Shown: one piece after another, positions 21,266 through 31,364 of the stretch
Position numbering within the stretch: the first letter of the stretch is position 1
Layout of the letters: each line of letters starts with the position of its first letter
Source of the DNA: an uncultured Alphaproteobacteria bacterium
GTDB taxonomy: Bacteria > Pseudomonadota > Alphaproteobacteria > RF32 > CAG-239
DNA length: 64,000 nucleotides
Reading direction: 5' to 3'
NCBI GenBank assembly: GCA_945835885.1
Contig: CAMAJR010000001.1
Span: 7,193-71,192, forward strand
The notes under the pieces: model-generated
Seen by the model: the letters and a program-made list of their open reading frames with translations, nothing else
Databases searched by the model: none
Told to the model about the DNA's origin: nothing
Program-made: the position numbers and the translations under genes

Positions 21266-22941
21266 TTTTGTTTCTCCAACATTTTACTTTCATAGTTTCC
21301 GAGCAAAGAAATCTCTTCATTATCTTCGTTTTGAAAAATCGGATGAATATCTCTTTGTTTGGTCGTTTTGGTTTTACGGCGCTTATATTTTTTTACTTCT
21401 TGCTCATCATACAGGGCGATACGGTTTCGTCCGCCGCGTTTGGCTAAATACAGTGCTTCATCGGCTTGTCGCATCAAAACTTCAAAACTTGCCGTTTTTT
21501 CAGAAGAAACGACGCCGACGCTGACCGTAACTTTGATTAAAGCATCGTCATCGCCCTTAAATTCCGTTTGTGCCGTATTTTGCACCAGCCGCTCGGCGAT
21601 GTGTGCAGCGGCTTTGGAGTCCGTGTCGTTGAGGAAAATAGCAAATTTTTCACCGCCGAATCGGGCAATAATGTCATCTTCTCGTAACGAACTTCGGCAA
21701 ATTTCCGCTAAGCCGATTAAAACTTTGTCACCGATTTTGTGCCCATAGGTTTCGTTGATTTTTTTGAATTTGTCGGCATCAAGCAACAATAAACTGAAGT
21801 TGCGTGTATTCCTGATACATTCGGAGATGCGTTGCGGCACGATTTTTTCAAAATAATGCCGATTCCAAGCAAGCGTCAGCGGGTCTTTGTTGGCTTGATT
21901 TTGCAGATTTGCCTCACGTTCTTTGCGGTAGATAATATCTTGGAAGGTAATAAAAACAGCAGTTTCGTTGTTATATTCGAGTATTTTGGCCGAGGCGGAC
22001 ATCCAAAACGGGGAGGTGCTGATTAAATTGCAAACCATAACGTCAAAATTATCAACCGAACCGTTTTCTTGTATGGTTTGCTGAAATTTTTCGTTGTTTT
22101 GAGCGTCAATCATAATGTCGCTGAGCTGGCGATAACCGATTTCTTTGTGTCCGATACCGAATAAAAGCGATGCTTTAGCGTTGAGCGTTATGAGTTTTCG
22201 GTCGCTCAAACGCGCAATCACAATCGGGAACGGCGAAAGGTCTATCATATTCATAATTTGCAAATTCAGTTTATCCAAACTGTTCCAGCAACGCGCTAAT
22301 TCTTCTTTGTATAAATCAAAGCGCATAAAGATGATGGATACGGTAAAAACATAAATCCAAAGCCAGTTGAACAAGTTAAGATTAAGTCGGTTATATTCAA
22401 AGAAAAAAGCCGAAACGACTAACTTTCCACCGAGCATAAGCAAGGCAAAACACAATAATGAACTTCCGACAGACGGGCGTTGGGATAATTTGAGCACACT
22501 GACGACAAACAATAAACTTATGCCGATGAGCGGAAATAATTGCCGCAAAAGCGTAATATATGCCGAATTATAACCGGCAAAGGAATAATAAAAACACAAG
22601 GTCAATGCCAATGTGGTATAAATTGTGAGCGTTTCCCGATTGGCAAGTCGGTGAGAATAAAGGTCGGTGGCGGCGTTAATCCACAACACCGAAATCAAAA
22701 TAGACGTCATTATTTGAGCGAAAGCCGCAAACCTGAAATTCAGACCGAGTGAGTAAAGCAAGTGGTCCTGTGTGGTAATATATGTCAAAAAAATCATTGC
22801 CAGACCGCCGATTTGAAACAACAGCATACTGCGAAAACGATTTGAATTGGCAATCAAAAATACCGAACCGATGCCTATAAATAAAGACATGATGCTGAAA
22901 AATATATTGTAGCCGGAATAAAAAATATTAGAACTGAGCAT
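21262..22941 (-). CDS. membrane-anchored GGDEF-domain protein with degenerate active site (GGEKF)
   Basis: 559 aa. About 7 N-terminal TM helices and a PAS-like linker. GGDEF domain with I-site-like REDD and RFGGEKFAIFL instead of GG(D/E)EF. Confidence 0.7.
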   Translation of the reverse strand: MLSSNIFYSGYNIFFSIMSLFIGIGSVFLIANSNRFRSMLLFQIGGLAMIFLTYITTQDHLLYSLGLNFRFAAFAQIMTSILISVLWINAATDLYSHRLANRETLTIYTTLALTLCFYYSFAGYNSAYITLLRQLFPLIGISLLFVVSVLKLSQRPSVGSSLLCFALLMLGGKLVVSAFFFEYNRLNLNLFNWLWIYVFTVSIIFMRFDLYKEELARCWNSLDKLNLQIMNMIDLSPFPIVIARLSDRKLITLNAKASLLFGIGHKEIGYRQLSDIMIDAQNNEKFQQTIQENGSVDNFDVMVCNLISTSPFWMSASAKILEYNNETAVFITFQDIIYRKEREANLQNQANKDPLTLAWNRHYFEKIVPQRISECIRNTRNFSLLLLDADKFKKINETYGHKIGDKVLIGLAEICRSSLREDDIIARFGGEKFAIFLNDTDSKAAAHIAERLVQNTAQTEFKGDDDALIKVTVSVGVVSSEKTASFEVLMRQADEALYLAKRGGRNRIALYDEQEVKKYKRRKTKTTKQRDIHPIFQNEDNEEISLLGNYESKMLEKQK

Positions 22942-23078
22942 TATACCACCATATTTTAACCAACGATTATTATACTACACTTAAATCCGAGAAAAACAAA
23001 TATTATTTAAAAAAAATGATGAAAAAAATTTTTTACGGGTGTAAAATATTACCGTATGATTTTTTTGGGGAGAACAAA

Positions 23079-24263
23079 ATGACTTTTATCGCACCGAATC
23101 ATTTCAGCTATAAATTCAGATTAAATACGGACAAAATACCGGCCGTGCAAACGGATAAATTTTCAACGCATTTAATTCTGTGGGGAATAATCGGCGGATT
23201 GCTTTTTGTAGCGCTCGGCTCGTATGAAATTATTGCTTATTTATTTAATTTCAGCGATGAAAGTTATGATTTTAAGTTGCCGCCGGAAATGACGCTCAAA
23301 CAGTTGATTGCTATCCGTTATTCTTTTGATGTGTTGATTTTGTCGCTTGGTGTGATTATTTTGACGGTTGCGATTTGTGCCATACGCCGTCGTAAAACCG
23401 TTTTTTTTGATGGAGAAAACGTTCGTGTAACGCACAAAACAATTTTAGGCAAGACCATTGTTGAAGAAGAAAGTTTATATAATTACAGCGGAGTTTTGTT
23501 GACCGTCGAATATTATCAAATCGGGCTGATTACACGCAATCGCTATATTATCGAGTTGTATCATACCGACCGCAACAAACGCGTGCCGTTGTATATTTCT
23601 ACTTCGGGTAAGGATATTAACGAAATTTGGTATCATTATGCCGATACGCTCAAAATGCCGGCATTGTTTTTGAGCGACCACGGCTTGGTGTCTAAGCATT
23701 ATGACGAGCTTAATAAAACTTTGCAGGAAATGGCCAGACATTGGCATTCAGATGCTTTATACCGCAAAGAAGAAAATGTTCCGAAATCGGTGAAATACCG
23801 CACACGCAATGGGCGCACGGTGTTTAAGGAAAGACGTGCCTTTTTTGATGTCTACGGAATCTTGATGTTTTTGTTGACAATTGCACTCGGAACGGTGTTT
23901 GTGTGGTCTATTATGCATTATGATTTGCTAAAATCGTTGGTCGGAATAATCGGGTTTGCCGCCGTCGTTTCAATATGCGGATGTTTTGCTTGCGGCTTTT
24001 TAATCGGTTTATTTGCCAAAGATGTGCTGATTATTACGGATAACAACGTCGTTCTCGGACATAATTTTGCAATCCTGCGTGCCGACCTTGAAGCTCTGCC
24101 GAAAGATGAAATCGAATCGGTCGACATCGGGCATAATCCGATTAGCGGGCGCTACTATCTTTCGATTATTGCGCATCACGGAAACATTATTTTCGGGAAA
24201 AATATGCCGATTGAAGACTTGCGGTGGATACGCGGTTGCCTTATTCGCGAAATAGTAAAGTAA
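23079..24263 (+). CDS. hypothetical polytopic membrane protein
   Basis: ORF 23016..24263. Start chosen at the ATG at 23079, preceded by GGGGAG RBS 6 nt upstream. Four predicted TM segments in two pairs. No recognisable domain. Confidence 0.45.
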   Translation: MTFIAPNHFSYKFRLNTDKIPAVQTDKFSTHLILWGIIGGLLFVALGSYEIIAYLFNFSDESYDFKLPPEMTLKQLIAIRYSFDVLILSLGVIILTVAICAIRRRKTVFFDGENVRVTHKTILGKTIVEEESLYNYSGVLLTVEYYQIGLITRNRYIIELYHTDRNKRVPLYISTSGKDINEIWYHYADTLKMPALFLSDHGLVSKHYDELNKTLQEMARHWHSDALYRKEENVPKSVKYRTRNGRTVFKERRAFFDVYGILMFLLTIALGTVFVWSIMHYDLLKSLVGIIGFAAVVSICGCFACGFLIGLFAKDVLIITDNNVVLGHNFAILRADLEALPKDEIESVDIGHNPISGRYYLSIIAHHGNIIFGKNMPIEDLRWIRGCLIREIVK

Positions 24264-24330
24264 AAACTGTTGCTTTATTTGACTTTTTTTGTTATGTGTT
24301 AGAAAATTTTATTTTAATGAAAAGGAAAAA

Positions 24331-25059
24331 ATGATGGCTAAAGCTTTGAATAATAAAACAGAAAAGAAATCGGTTGTCCGCGGTCGCCGCGACCTTTCGG
24401 ATGTTAATCCGGAATTGACCGATGCGTTTATTCAAGAAGTTGATGAAGATGTAAAAAACGACAGCTGGAAAGCGTTGTGGGATAAATACGGTTTGTTTGT
24501 TATTGCATTTGTGGTTATTGCCGTATCCGCGGCTGTTTCGTTTGACCGATTCCAAGCGTGGCGCACCGCTCTTAATCAGCGCAGAACCGAGGCCTATGTA
24601 GCAGCAAATTCTCTTGGAACAACGGCTGAAGAAAAAATCGGTAATCTGCAGCAAATTTCTAAAGATAATCAGGGCTTATTCAGTGATTTTGCCAAGTTGC
24701 AAATCGCCAATATTCTGCTTGCCGACGGCAAACAAGATGAGGCATTGGCAGCACTTGAAAAATTGGCAAGCGAAAAACAGGTCAATAAAGAAGTAAAGCA
24801 TATTGCGCTGATGAAACTTGCGACTTATCGCGTGGATACTATGGGCAAAGATGAATTTGCCGAATTGTTACAGCCGATTTTGGCGGAAAATAATTCGTGG
24901 GCACCGATGGCTCAAGATTTGCTCGCAATGTCCGCTATTCAAAACGGAGATGTCGAAACAGCTCAAGAAATTTATACAAAACTCTTGAAAATAAAAGATT
25001 TGCCAGAAAATTTCCGCAACAAAATTCAAGATATGCTTGCGTCAATCAGTAATCAGTAA
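24331..25059 (+). CDS. yfgM: YfgM-like (UPF0070) membrane-anchored TPR-like protein
   Basis: ORF track start 24289 is a TTG. ATG at 24331 with AAAGGAAAAA RBS is preferred. Architecture: cytoplasmic N-terminus, one TM, periplasmic helical repeats. Conserved yfgM-bamB-der order. Confidence 0.5.
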   Translation: MMAKALNNKTEKKSVVRGRRDLSDVNPELTDAFIQEVDEDVKNDSWKALWDKYGLFVIAFVVIAVSAAVSFDRFQAWRTALNQRRTEAYVAANSLGTTAEEKIGNLQQISKDNQGLFSDFAKLQIANILLADGKQDEALAALEKLASEKQVNKEVKHIALMKLATYRVDTMGKDEFAELLQPILAENNSWAPMAQDLLAMSAIQNGDVETAQEIYTKLLKIKDLPENFRNKIQDMLASISNQ

Positions 25060-25078
25060 TTTATATTGAGAGGTAAAT

Positions 25079-26392
25079 ATGTTCAATCATCAGTTTTGGT
25101 TGCGACTCGGTTGCTGTGCTGCCGTATTGATTCTCGGCGCTTGCACTGCAAAAGAAATTCCGCAAGGAACGCGCATAGCCGTTTTGGATGAGGTAACCAC
25201 TCTTAAACCGGATGTTGCCGATGGGGCCGGAAGGATTCAAACGGCGGCGATTACAAATATTACAAATTGGTTACAGCCGGATGTTAATGCGCAACACGTC
25301 ACTCCAAACGCTAAAATAGGCATTGAATTTAAAAAACAATGGAAAACCGATTTCGGGACCGGCGGTTCAAAACGGGAAATTTTGATGGCTAAGCCGCTGG
25401 TTAAAGGTAATGTGCTATATATGCTTGATGCCGAGGGAATGTTGAGCGCATTCAATTTGGCTGACGGCGAAAATTTGTGGCGCGTTGAGCTGACGAGCGA
25501 AAATAAATATGCCGAAGCTACCTCTATGAAAGGGGTTGGCCTGACAATGGAAAACGATACGATTTTCATAACAATGGGTTTTGGTTCGGTAGTCGCGGTT
25601 AAGGCAAAAGACGGCACAAAAGTTTGGGAGCAGAATTTGCGCGCACCGCTTAGAATTGCGCCGACTATTGCCGCCGGAAAAGTGTTTGTGCAGAATATCA
25701 ACAATCGCTTTTTTGCGTTAGATGCCCGCACCGGCGAAATTTTGTGGGATTACGATATTGCTATGGAACATACGACTTTGGTCGGCGGGGCATCGGCTGC
25801 TTATTGTCCGGCGCTTGATGTGGCGATTACGGGTTTCTCAAACGGAGAAATTCAGGCATTCGGAGCAACAATCGGCACACCGCTGTGGTCGGATAATCTT
25901 GTGTCCAACCGTCAGGCATATTCTTCAACCGCATTACATACCGTTAAGGCGTCACCGGTGGTTGAGGGCGAAACGGTTTATGCACTCGGAACGGCTGATG
26001 TGCTGACGGCTATTGATATTCGTTCGGGTTCGCGCCGTTGGGAAAAAGAAATCGGTGGCACGCAAACGCCGCTGTTGTCCGGTAATACTTTGTATGTTGT
26101 AGCCAACACGCATGATTTGGTTGCGCTTGATAAAAATAACGGCAATATTTTGTGGGCATCTGCGTTAAATTTGGGTAAAAAAGCCGATGATATTACGGTT
26201 TATGCGCCGATTATGCTGAATAATCATCTGTTGGTGACACTTTCAGACGGACGCGTGATGTTGTTTAATGCCAAAACCGGCAAAAAAATCAATGAGCTTG
26301 ATTTGATGGAAGACTTTAATTCAGCACCGATTGTGGCGCAGGGTTATGTTCTCTTTACGACGCGCAATGCAAAAATCATCGCATACAAATAA
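25079..26392 (+). CDS. bamB: outer membrane protein assembly factor BamB (PQQ-like beta-propeller lipoprotein)
   Basis: 437 aa. Lipobox LILGAC. Repeated PQQ-like blades (LYMLDAEGMLSAFNLADGENLW etc.). Upstream of der. Confidence 0.8.
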   Translation: MFNHQFWLRLGCCAAVLILGACTAKEIPQGTRIAVLDEVTTLKPDVADGAGRIQTAAITNITNWLQPDVNAQHVTPNAKIGIEFKKQWKTDFGTGGSKREILMAKPLVKGNVLYMLDAEGMLSAFNLADGENLWRVELTSENKYAEATSMKGVGLTMENDTIFITMGFGSVVAVKAKDGTKVWEQNLRAPLRIAPTIAAGKVFVQNINNRFFALDARTGEILWDYDIAMEHTTLVGGASAAYCPALDVAITGFSNGEIQAFGATIGTPLWSDNLVSNRQAYSSTALHTVKASPVVEGETVYALGTADVLTAIDIRSGSRRWEKEIGGTQTPLLSGNTLYVVANTHDLVALDKNNGNILWASALNLGKKADDITVYAPIMLNNHLLVTLSDGRVMLFNAKTGKKINELDLMEDFNSAPIVAQGYVLFTTRNAKIIAYK

Positions 26393-26403
26393 GGAGAGTT
26401 TAG

Positions 26404-27795
26404 GTGCTGACTATTGCTATTATCGGTCGTCCGAATGTCGGAAAATCAACATTATTTAATCGCCTCGTGGGTAAAAAATTAGCGATTGTTCACGATATGC
26501 CGGGGGTTACTCGTGATCGCAAAATGGCACCGGCAAAGTTCAAAGATTTGGATTTGGAAGTCATTGACACCGCCGGTTATGAATATTCGACCACAGATAA
26601 TATGGAAAGTCGGATGTGGCGGCAAACACAAATGGCGATAAATGATGCTGATTTGTGCTTGTTTTTGTATGATGCTCGCGCCGGTGTGCAACCGTATGAC
26701 GAGCAGTTTGCCGACTTGGTGCGGCGCACGCATAAGCCGGTGATTCTGTTAGCCAATAAGTGTGAAGGTAAACAGCAGGAAAACGGTGTTGGCGAGGCGT
26801 ATAAATTAGGTTTGGGTGACCCGATTATTTTTTCGGCAGAACACGGTATCGGTTTTGATGCACTCTATGTTGAATTGTTGCAAATAGAAGAGGCAAAACA
26901 AAAAGCCGAAGCGGAAACGCCAACCGTTGCGACTATCGGTATGATTCCCGAAGATTTTGAGCCGATTAAAGATGACCGTCCGATTCATGTGGCATTTGTC
27001 GGGCGTCCGAATGTCGGTAAATCGACTTTGGTTAATGCTTTGCTCGGCGATGAGCGTATGTTGACAGGGCCGGAGGCGGGTATGACGCGTGATGCCATTA
27101 CGACCGAGTGGGTGTGGCAAGGGCATAAGTTTAATTTGGTGGATACCGCCGGTTTGCGCCGCCAGTCCAAAGTGACGAATTCGCTTGAAAAAATGTCGGT
27201 AGAAAGCACAAAATACGCTGCCAATATGGCGCAAGTCGTGGTGTTGGTGTTAGATGCCGATGCGGTGCTTGATAAGCAGGATTTAACGATTGCGCGCAAC
27301 GTGCTGGACGAGGGCAGGGCGTTGGTGATTGCCGTCAATAAATGGGATATAGCCAATCGCAAAGAGGCGCTTGAAAAGCTCAATTACAAGCTCGAAACAT
27401 CATTGACGCAGGCCGCAGGTGTGCCGACCGTGACAATTTCCGCGCTCAAAAAAGAGGGCTTGGATAAGCTGATGCGCGCGCTGCTCAAAGTTTATGAACG
27501 GTGGAATATACGAATCCCGACCTCGCCGCTCAATAAGTGGTTTGCCGATGTGCAAGAGCAGAATCCGGCGCCACTCGGTAAAAATAAACGTCGGATTAAG
27601 CTGAAGTATATTACACAAGCCAAAACGCGTCCGCCGTCATTTTATATTTTTTCAAGCAACCCTGAGGGCTTGCCGGAATCGTATTTTCGCTATTTGCTGA
27701 ACAGTTTGCGCCAAACATTTAATATGGGCGGGATTCCGATTCGGATAACTGTGCGCAAAGCGGATAATCCGTATGCGGATAAAGAAAAGAAATAA
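26404..27795 (+). CDS. der: ribosome-associated GTPase Der/EngA
   Basis: 463 aa. GTG start. Two tandem GTPase domains (GRPNVGKST x2) plus KH-like C-terminus. Confidence 0.9.
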   Translation: MLTIAIIGRPNVGKSTLFNRLVGKKLAIVHDMPGVTRDRKMAPAKFKDLDLEVIDTAGYEYSTTDNMESRMWRQTQMAINDADLCLFLYDARAGVQPYDEQFADLVRRTHKPVILLANKCEGKQQENGVGEAYKLGLGDPIIFSAEHGIGFDALYVELLQIEEAKQKAEAETPTVATIGMIPEDFEPIKDDRPIHVAFVGRPNVGKSTLVNALLGDERMLTGPEAGMTRDAITTEWVWQGHKFNLVDTAGLRRQSKVTNSLEKMSVESTKYAANMAQVVVLVLDADAVLDKQDLTIARNVLDEGRALVIAVNKWDIANRKEALEKLNYKLETSLTQAAGVPTVTISALKKEGLDKLMRALLKVYERWNIRIPTSPLNKWFADVQEQNPAPLGKNKRRIKLKYITQAKTRPPSFYIFSSNPEGLPESYFRYLLNSLRQTFNMGGIPIRITVRKADNPYADKEKK

Positions 27796-27813
27796 TATTC
27801 TATATCAAAAAAA

Positions 27814-27848
27814 AGCACCCGCATACATTAGGCAAGCGGGTGTTTTGA
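27814..27848 (+). terminator. rho-independent terminator after der
   Basis: Stem cacccgc / gcgggtg, 13-nt loop, then TTTTG. A-run upstream makes it potentially bidirectional. Confidence 0.5.
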
Positions 27849-27866
27849 TTTAAAAACAGCAGTATT

Positions 27867-28280
27867 TTATTGTTGTTGGTTGATAACTTCCGATAAATCA
27901 TCCTGCGTTTTGATGTTTTTGGCATAGCGGTCGAACTTGGTGCTTAAGTCGATGTTAGCAGTATTGATAATTATACAGGTTATGAAAGCGGCACAAGCAA
28001 TAATTATCAAATGTTCAAACGAACTGCCAAAGGTTTTTTTCCAGTTGATTTTAGTGCTGTCAATATGATAAACCGGTCGGAACAATATTGCGTAAAACAA
28101 AGCGATAAGCCACAGCACTCCGAGTGTTTGCGGAAGATATTCATCCGGTTTGCTCATAATTTGATGAATATAACTCATACCGTCATTTGCCATAATATAA
28201 TAGCCGCAAGCGATACCGATAAGGGCCATCGGGTTTAAGATGATTACCTTGAAAATAATTTTAATAATATCACCAAACAT
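27867..28280 (-). CDS. small membrane protein, paralog 2 of a tandem pair
   Basis: 137 aa. N-terminus MFGDIIKIIFKVI and internal KINWKKTF are shared with the neighbouring paralog. About 4 TM helices. Confidence 0.5.
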   Translation of the reverse strand: MFGDIIKIIFKVIILNPMALIGIACGYYIMANDGMSYIHQIMSKPDEYLPQTLGVLWLIALFYAILFRPVYHIDSTKINWKKTFGSSFEHLIIIACAAFITCIIINTANIDLSTKFDRYAKNIKTQDDLSEVINQQQ

Positions 28281-28316
28281 TTGACACTCCTTTGAAAAAA
28301 TTTATGGTTAGTATAT

Positions 28317-28766
28317 TTATTTTTTTGAAATTCGCAAGATAAATAAAATTATCAAAAAACAAAGAACTGTGGTGCAAAACCAGACAATGACGAGGTCTTT
28401 TGCCGGCTGAAAAGTTTCGCGCCAATTGATACGCTTGCTGTTTTTGTAATGCACACGGTTGAAAAGCAGTAAAAGCAAGGGAAAACTCAGCAAAAATAGC
28501 ACACTTAACGTGAGAACGTGTGCAAAAACAACCGAATTGTGCTGCGATAAGCTTATAAGCAGAGCAACCGCCGTAAATATGCCGTATATAATCGCCGTTA
28601 TATGAACATTTTGCACGAAAAAATCTTTGACAATACGCCACGGACGCGGGGAATGATACCAAAGCGCAATCATCGGAAAAAGGAACCTCGGATTGATAAA
28701 TATACGGAACAGCGGCCATATTACTTTGATAACGGGTGTAAATATTTTCAGCAAATTTCCAAACAT
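28317..28766 (-). CDS. small membrane protein, paralog 1 of a tandem pair
   Basis: 149 aa. N-terminus MFGNLLKIFTPVI and internal RINWRETF. Preferred over the overlapping 190-aa ORF 28270..28842 because of conservation with the paralog. Confidence 0.5.
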   Translation of the reverse strand: MFGNLLKIFTPVIKVIWPLFRIFINPRFLFPMIALWYHSPRPWRIVKDFFVQNVHITAIIYGIFTAVALLISLSQHNSVVFAHVLTLSVLFLLSFPLLLLLFNRVHYKNSKRINWRETFQPAKDLVIVWFCTTVLCFLIILFILRISKK

Positions 28767-28780
28767 TTTGCGCTTTCGGT

Positions 28781-30124
28781 TCAGGCGTGTTTGTTAATGC
28801 AATCCAGTAAGATTTTGACTTCACGCGCGGCAACGGCGGCATCTTCGTCTTCTATTTTGAGGCGCAGAACCGGTTCTGTTCCGGATTTGCGGATAATCAG
28901 CGAGCCGTGTCCGGCAAGGCGTGCCGTAATATCTGCAATACACTTTGTGACTTCGGCATTTTCCAAAATTTTGCTAATGATTTCCTTATTATCGTAGCGC
29001 AAATTGCGGGCTTCGGTCGGGAACGGTTCAAATACCGGAAAGATTTCGCTGACTTTTTTGCCGCTTTCAAAAATACCCAAGCAAACAACGATTGCCGCAA
29101 TCATAGCATCACCGGTGCGCGAATAATCACTCAAGACCATATGCCCGGATTCTTCGCCGCCGAGATTGCTGCCGACTTCGCGCATTTTTTCAATTACATA
29201 ACGTTCGCCGACAGCCGAAGCATAATGTTCTAAACCGAGCGAGCGAATATATTTTGCCAACCCCATGTTTGAATAAAGAGTGGAAACAACCGCGTTGCCT
29301 TTTAAGAGGTTATGTTCTTTGAGGTATTTGGCTAAATAAGCGATGATTTGGTCGCCGTTCAAACGTTTGCCGTTTTCATCGCAGATAATAATTCTGTCAC
29401 CGTCACCGTCTACCGCGATACCGAGGCGGCAATTTTTTTCAACAACGGTTTTGCATAGATTTTCGGTATGTTGTGAACCGCAGTTTTCGTTAATGTTGTA
29501 ACCGTCCGGTGAATCAGATAAACTTATGACATCGGCCCCCAAATATTTGAAGATATACGGCAAAATATCGGAAAATGCGCCATTTGCCGAATCAATCGCG
29601 ATTTTCATTCCCGCAAGCGCATTGGCATCGGCAAGGGAATTGACTGCTTCGAAATAATCGTCAATGCCGGCATCGGTAATGATAACGTGTCCGATTTGCT
29701 GCGGGTTATATTCCGGCTCGAACGGTGCTTTCATCAATTCTTCAACCTTAGCTGTATCCAAATCGGTAAATTTGTCGCCGTTTTTGTTGATGAGCTTGAT
29801 GCCGTTATCTTGATACGGATTATGCGAGGCGGTTATCATTAAAGCCATATCCGTTTCTAAGTCCGGCGTCAGCGTGGTGCAAAGCGGAGTCGGAATAATG
29901 CCTAAATCCAACACATCAATACCTTGCGCCGTAAATCCGGCCGCTAATGCACTGAACAGCATTGAGCCGGAAATTCGGGTGTCATAAGCAATTGCAACAC
30001 GGTGTTTATCCGTGCAAAAATAACGTCCCAAAACAGAACCGAGTTTTGTGCAAAAATCAATGGTAAGCGGAAATGTGTTGGCTACACCGCGCATACCGTC
30101 CGTTCCGAAAAGTTTATCAGCCAT
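28781..30124 (-). CDS. glmM: phosphoglucosamine mutase
   Basis: 447 aa. Active-site motif ITASHNPYQDNGIK. Full PGM/PMM four-domain architecture. Confidence 0.9.
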   Translation of the reverse strand: MADKLFGTDGMRGVANTFPLTIDFCTKLGSVLGRYFCTDKHRVAIAYDTRISGSMLFSALAAGFTAQGIDVLDLGIIPTPLCTTLTPDLETDMALMITASHNPYQDNGIKLINKNGDKFTDLDTAKVEELMKAPFEPEYNPQQIGHVIITDAGIDDYFEAVNSLADANALAGMKIAIDSANGAFSDILPYIFKYLGADVISLSDSPDGYNINENCGSQHTENLCKTVVEKNCRLGIAVDGDGDRIIICDENGKRLNGDQIIAYLAKYLKEHNLLKGNAVVSTLYSNMGLAKYIRSLGLEHYASAVGERYVIEKMREVGSNLGGEESGHMVLSDYSRTGDAMIAAIVVCLGIFESGKKVSEIFPVFEPFPTEARNLRYDNKEIISKILENAEVTKCIADITARLAGHGSLIIRKSGTEPVLRLKIEDEDAAVAAREVKILLDCINKHA

Positions 30125-30144
30125 TTTTATCCTCCGTTAATAAG

Positions 30145-30174
30145 AAAAAAGCCGCGTTTGACAGCGGCTTTTCA
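30145..30174 (-). terminator. hairpin terminator between OMP gene and glmM
   Basis: aagccgc-gtttgaca-gcggctt flanked by A6 and T3. Confidence 0.45.
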
Positions 30175-30186
30175 AGGTTAATGATA

Positions 30187-30807
30187 TTAGAATACGTAAC
30201 GTAGACCGCCATAAATTTCGTGCGCTTTAACATCCATTTTATGAATGGCACCCATATCATAATAACGGTAGCCGGCGTCAACATTGAATTTGTTTGTTAC
30301 CTTCAAAGTCAAACCGCCGCCGACAGACCAAGTGAAACGTGTCGGGGTGTTGTTGTAACCGCTGGTGTAATCATCAACATCACCTGTCGGATATGTCGTT
30401 TTGTCGTGGTATTTCATTTTGGTAAAACCGATACCGGCTCCGACATAAGGTGACCACCAGTTATACGGTAAGATGTCTATAAAATGATTCCACATAAACG
30501 ATTGCGTTTGAAAATCGAGTTTGGAATTGGCACCGCTATCGCTGATTTTCCAATCATCTTTGTCACGCCAAACATATTCAAGTTCGGTACGGTAATAATC
30601 ATAGCGATAACCTAAGGCACCGCTTAGCATAAAAACATGGGAATCCAAACCGTCCATATCTATGTGATTCTTTTTAGAATAATCGTGTTTGGCACTGCCG
30701 GCACGGATACCGACATATAAGCCGTTGCAATCAGCCAAGGCATCGGTGGCAACAGCCATCCCTAACACAAGTGCCGATACGGTCAATAAAAGTTTTTTCA
30801 TAAGCAA
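30187..30807 (-). CDS. outer-membrane beta-barrel protein (OmpA-like TM domain / OMP_b-brl family)
   Basis: 206 aa. Signal peptide ...VATDALA. Alternating hydrophobic beta-strand pattern rich in Y/G. C-terminal GLRYVF with terminal Phe. Confidence 0.65.
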   Translation of the reverse strand: MLMKKLLLTVSALVLGMAVATDALADCNGLYVGIRAGSAKHDYSKKNHIDMDGLDSHVFMLSGALGYRYDYYRTELEYVWRDKDDWKISDSGANSKLDFQTQSFMWNHFIDILPYNWWSPYVGAGIGFTKMKYHDKTTYPTGDVDDYTSGYNNTPTRFTWSVGGGLTLKVTNKFNVDAGYRYYDMGAIHKMDVKAHEIYGGLRYVF

Positions 30808-30933
30808 ATCTCCTTTATTAAACGATTGTTATAGCATAAAAAGTATATAAGAATATTTAAGATTTCATTAAAAGTTGTGAACATACTTAAAAAACGTTGA
30901 TTTTATTTATAAATCGGGTTATTTGTGAATATT

Positions 30934-31346
30934 GAAGGCAATCGGATAGCTGCGTCTCGGAAAGGAAAATCCGAAGATGAGGAAAGTCCGGGCTTCACGG
31001 GAACAAGATACCGGATAACGTCCGGCTGGAGTAATCCACGGGAAAGCGCCGCAGAAAATTACCGCCGCGCAAGTTCGCGGTAAGGTTGAAAAGGCGAGGT
31101 AAGAGCTCACCGCGTGCGCAGTAATGCGTGCGGCAAGGCAAGCCCTATCTGATGTAAGACCAAATGAGGAGGGTTTCGTGCTTTCGGGCATTAAATTACA
31201 CGGGGTGTTTCCGACCCGCTCCAGAGGTAGGTCGCACCAGTCAAGCGGAAACGCTTGGCGCAGATGAATAGCTATCGTGCAAAATCTTTGCCGTTTGCGA
31301 CAAAGCAAATTGCATACAGAACTCGGCTTACAGATTGCCTTCTATG
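30934..31346 (+). ncRNA. rnpB: RNase P RNA (bacterial type A)
   Basis: P4 strands GAGGAAAGTCCGGGCT (30978) and ACAGAACTCGGCTTA (31316). GGTAAGGTTGAAAAGGCGAGGTAAGAGCTCACCG matches the conserved P10-P12 region. P1 pairing GAAGGCAATC (30934) with GATTGCCTTC (31333). The ORF-track ORF 30919..31308 (-) is spurious. Confidence 0.8.
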
Positions 31347-31364
31347 TTGATTTAGGAGTTATAA

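Noticed and set aside
28270-28842. 190-aa minus-strand ORF overlapping the small-membrane-protein paralog
   Set aside because: The alternative frame 28317..28766 is conserved with the adjacent paralog 27867..28280 (shared N-terminus and KINW motif). The 190-aa frame has no such support.
30919-31308. 129-aa ORF
   Set aside because: Lies antisense within the RNase P RNA gene.
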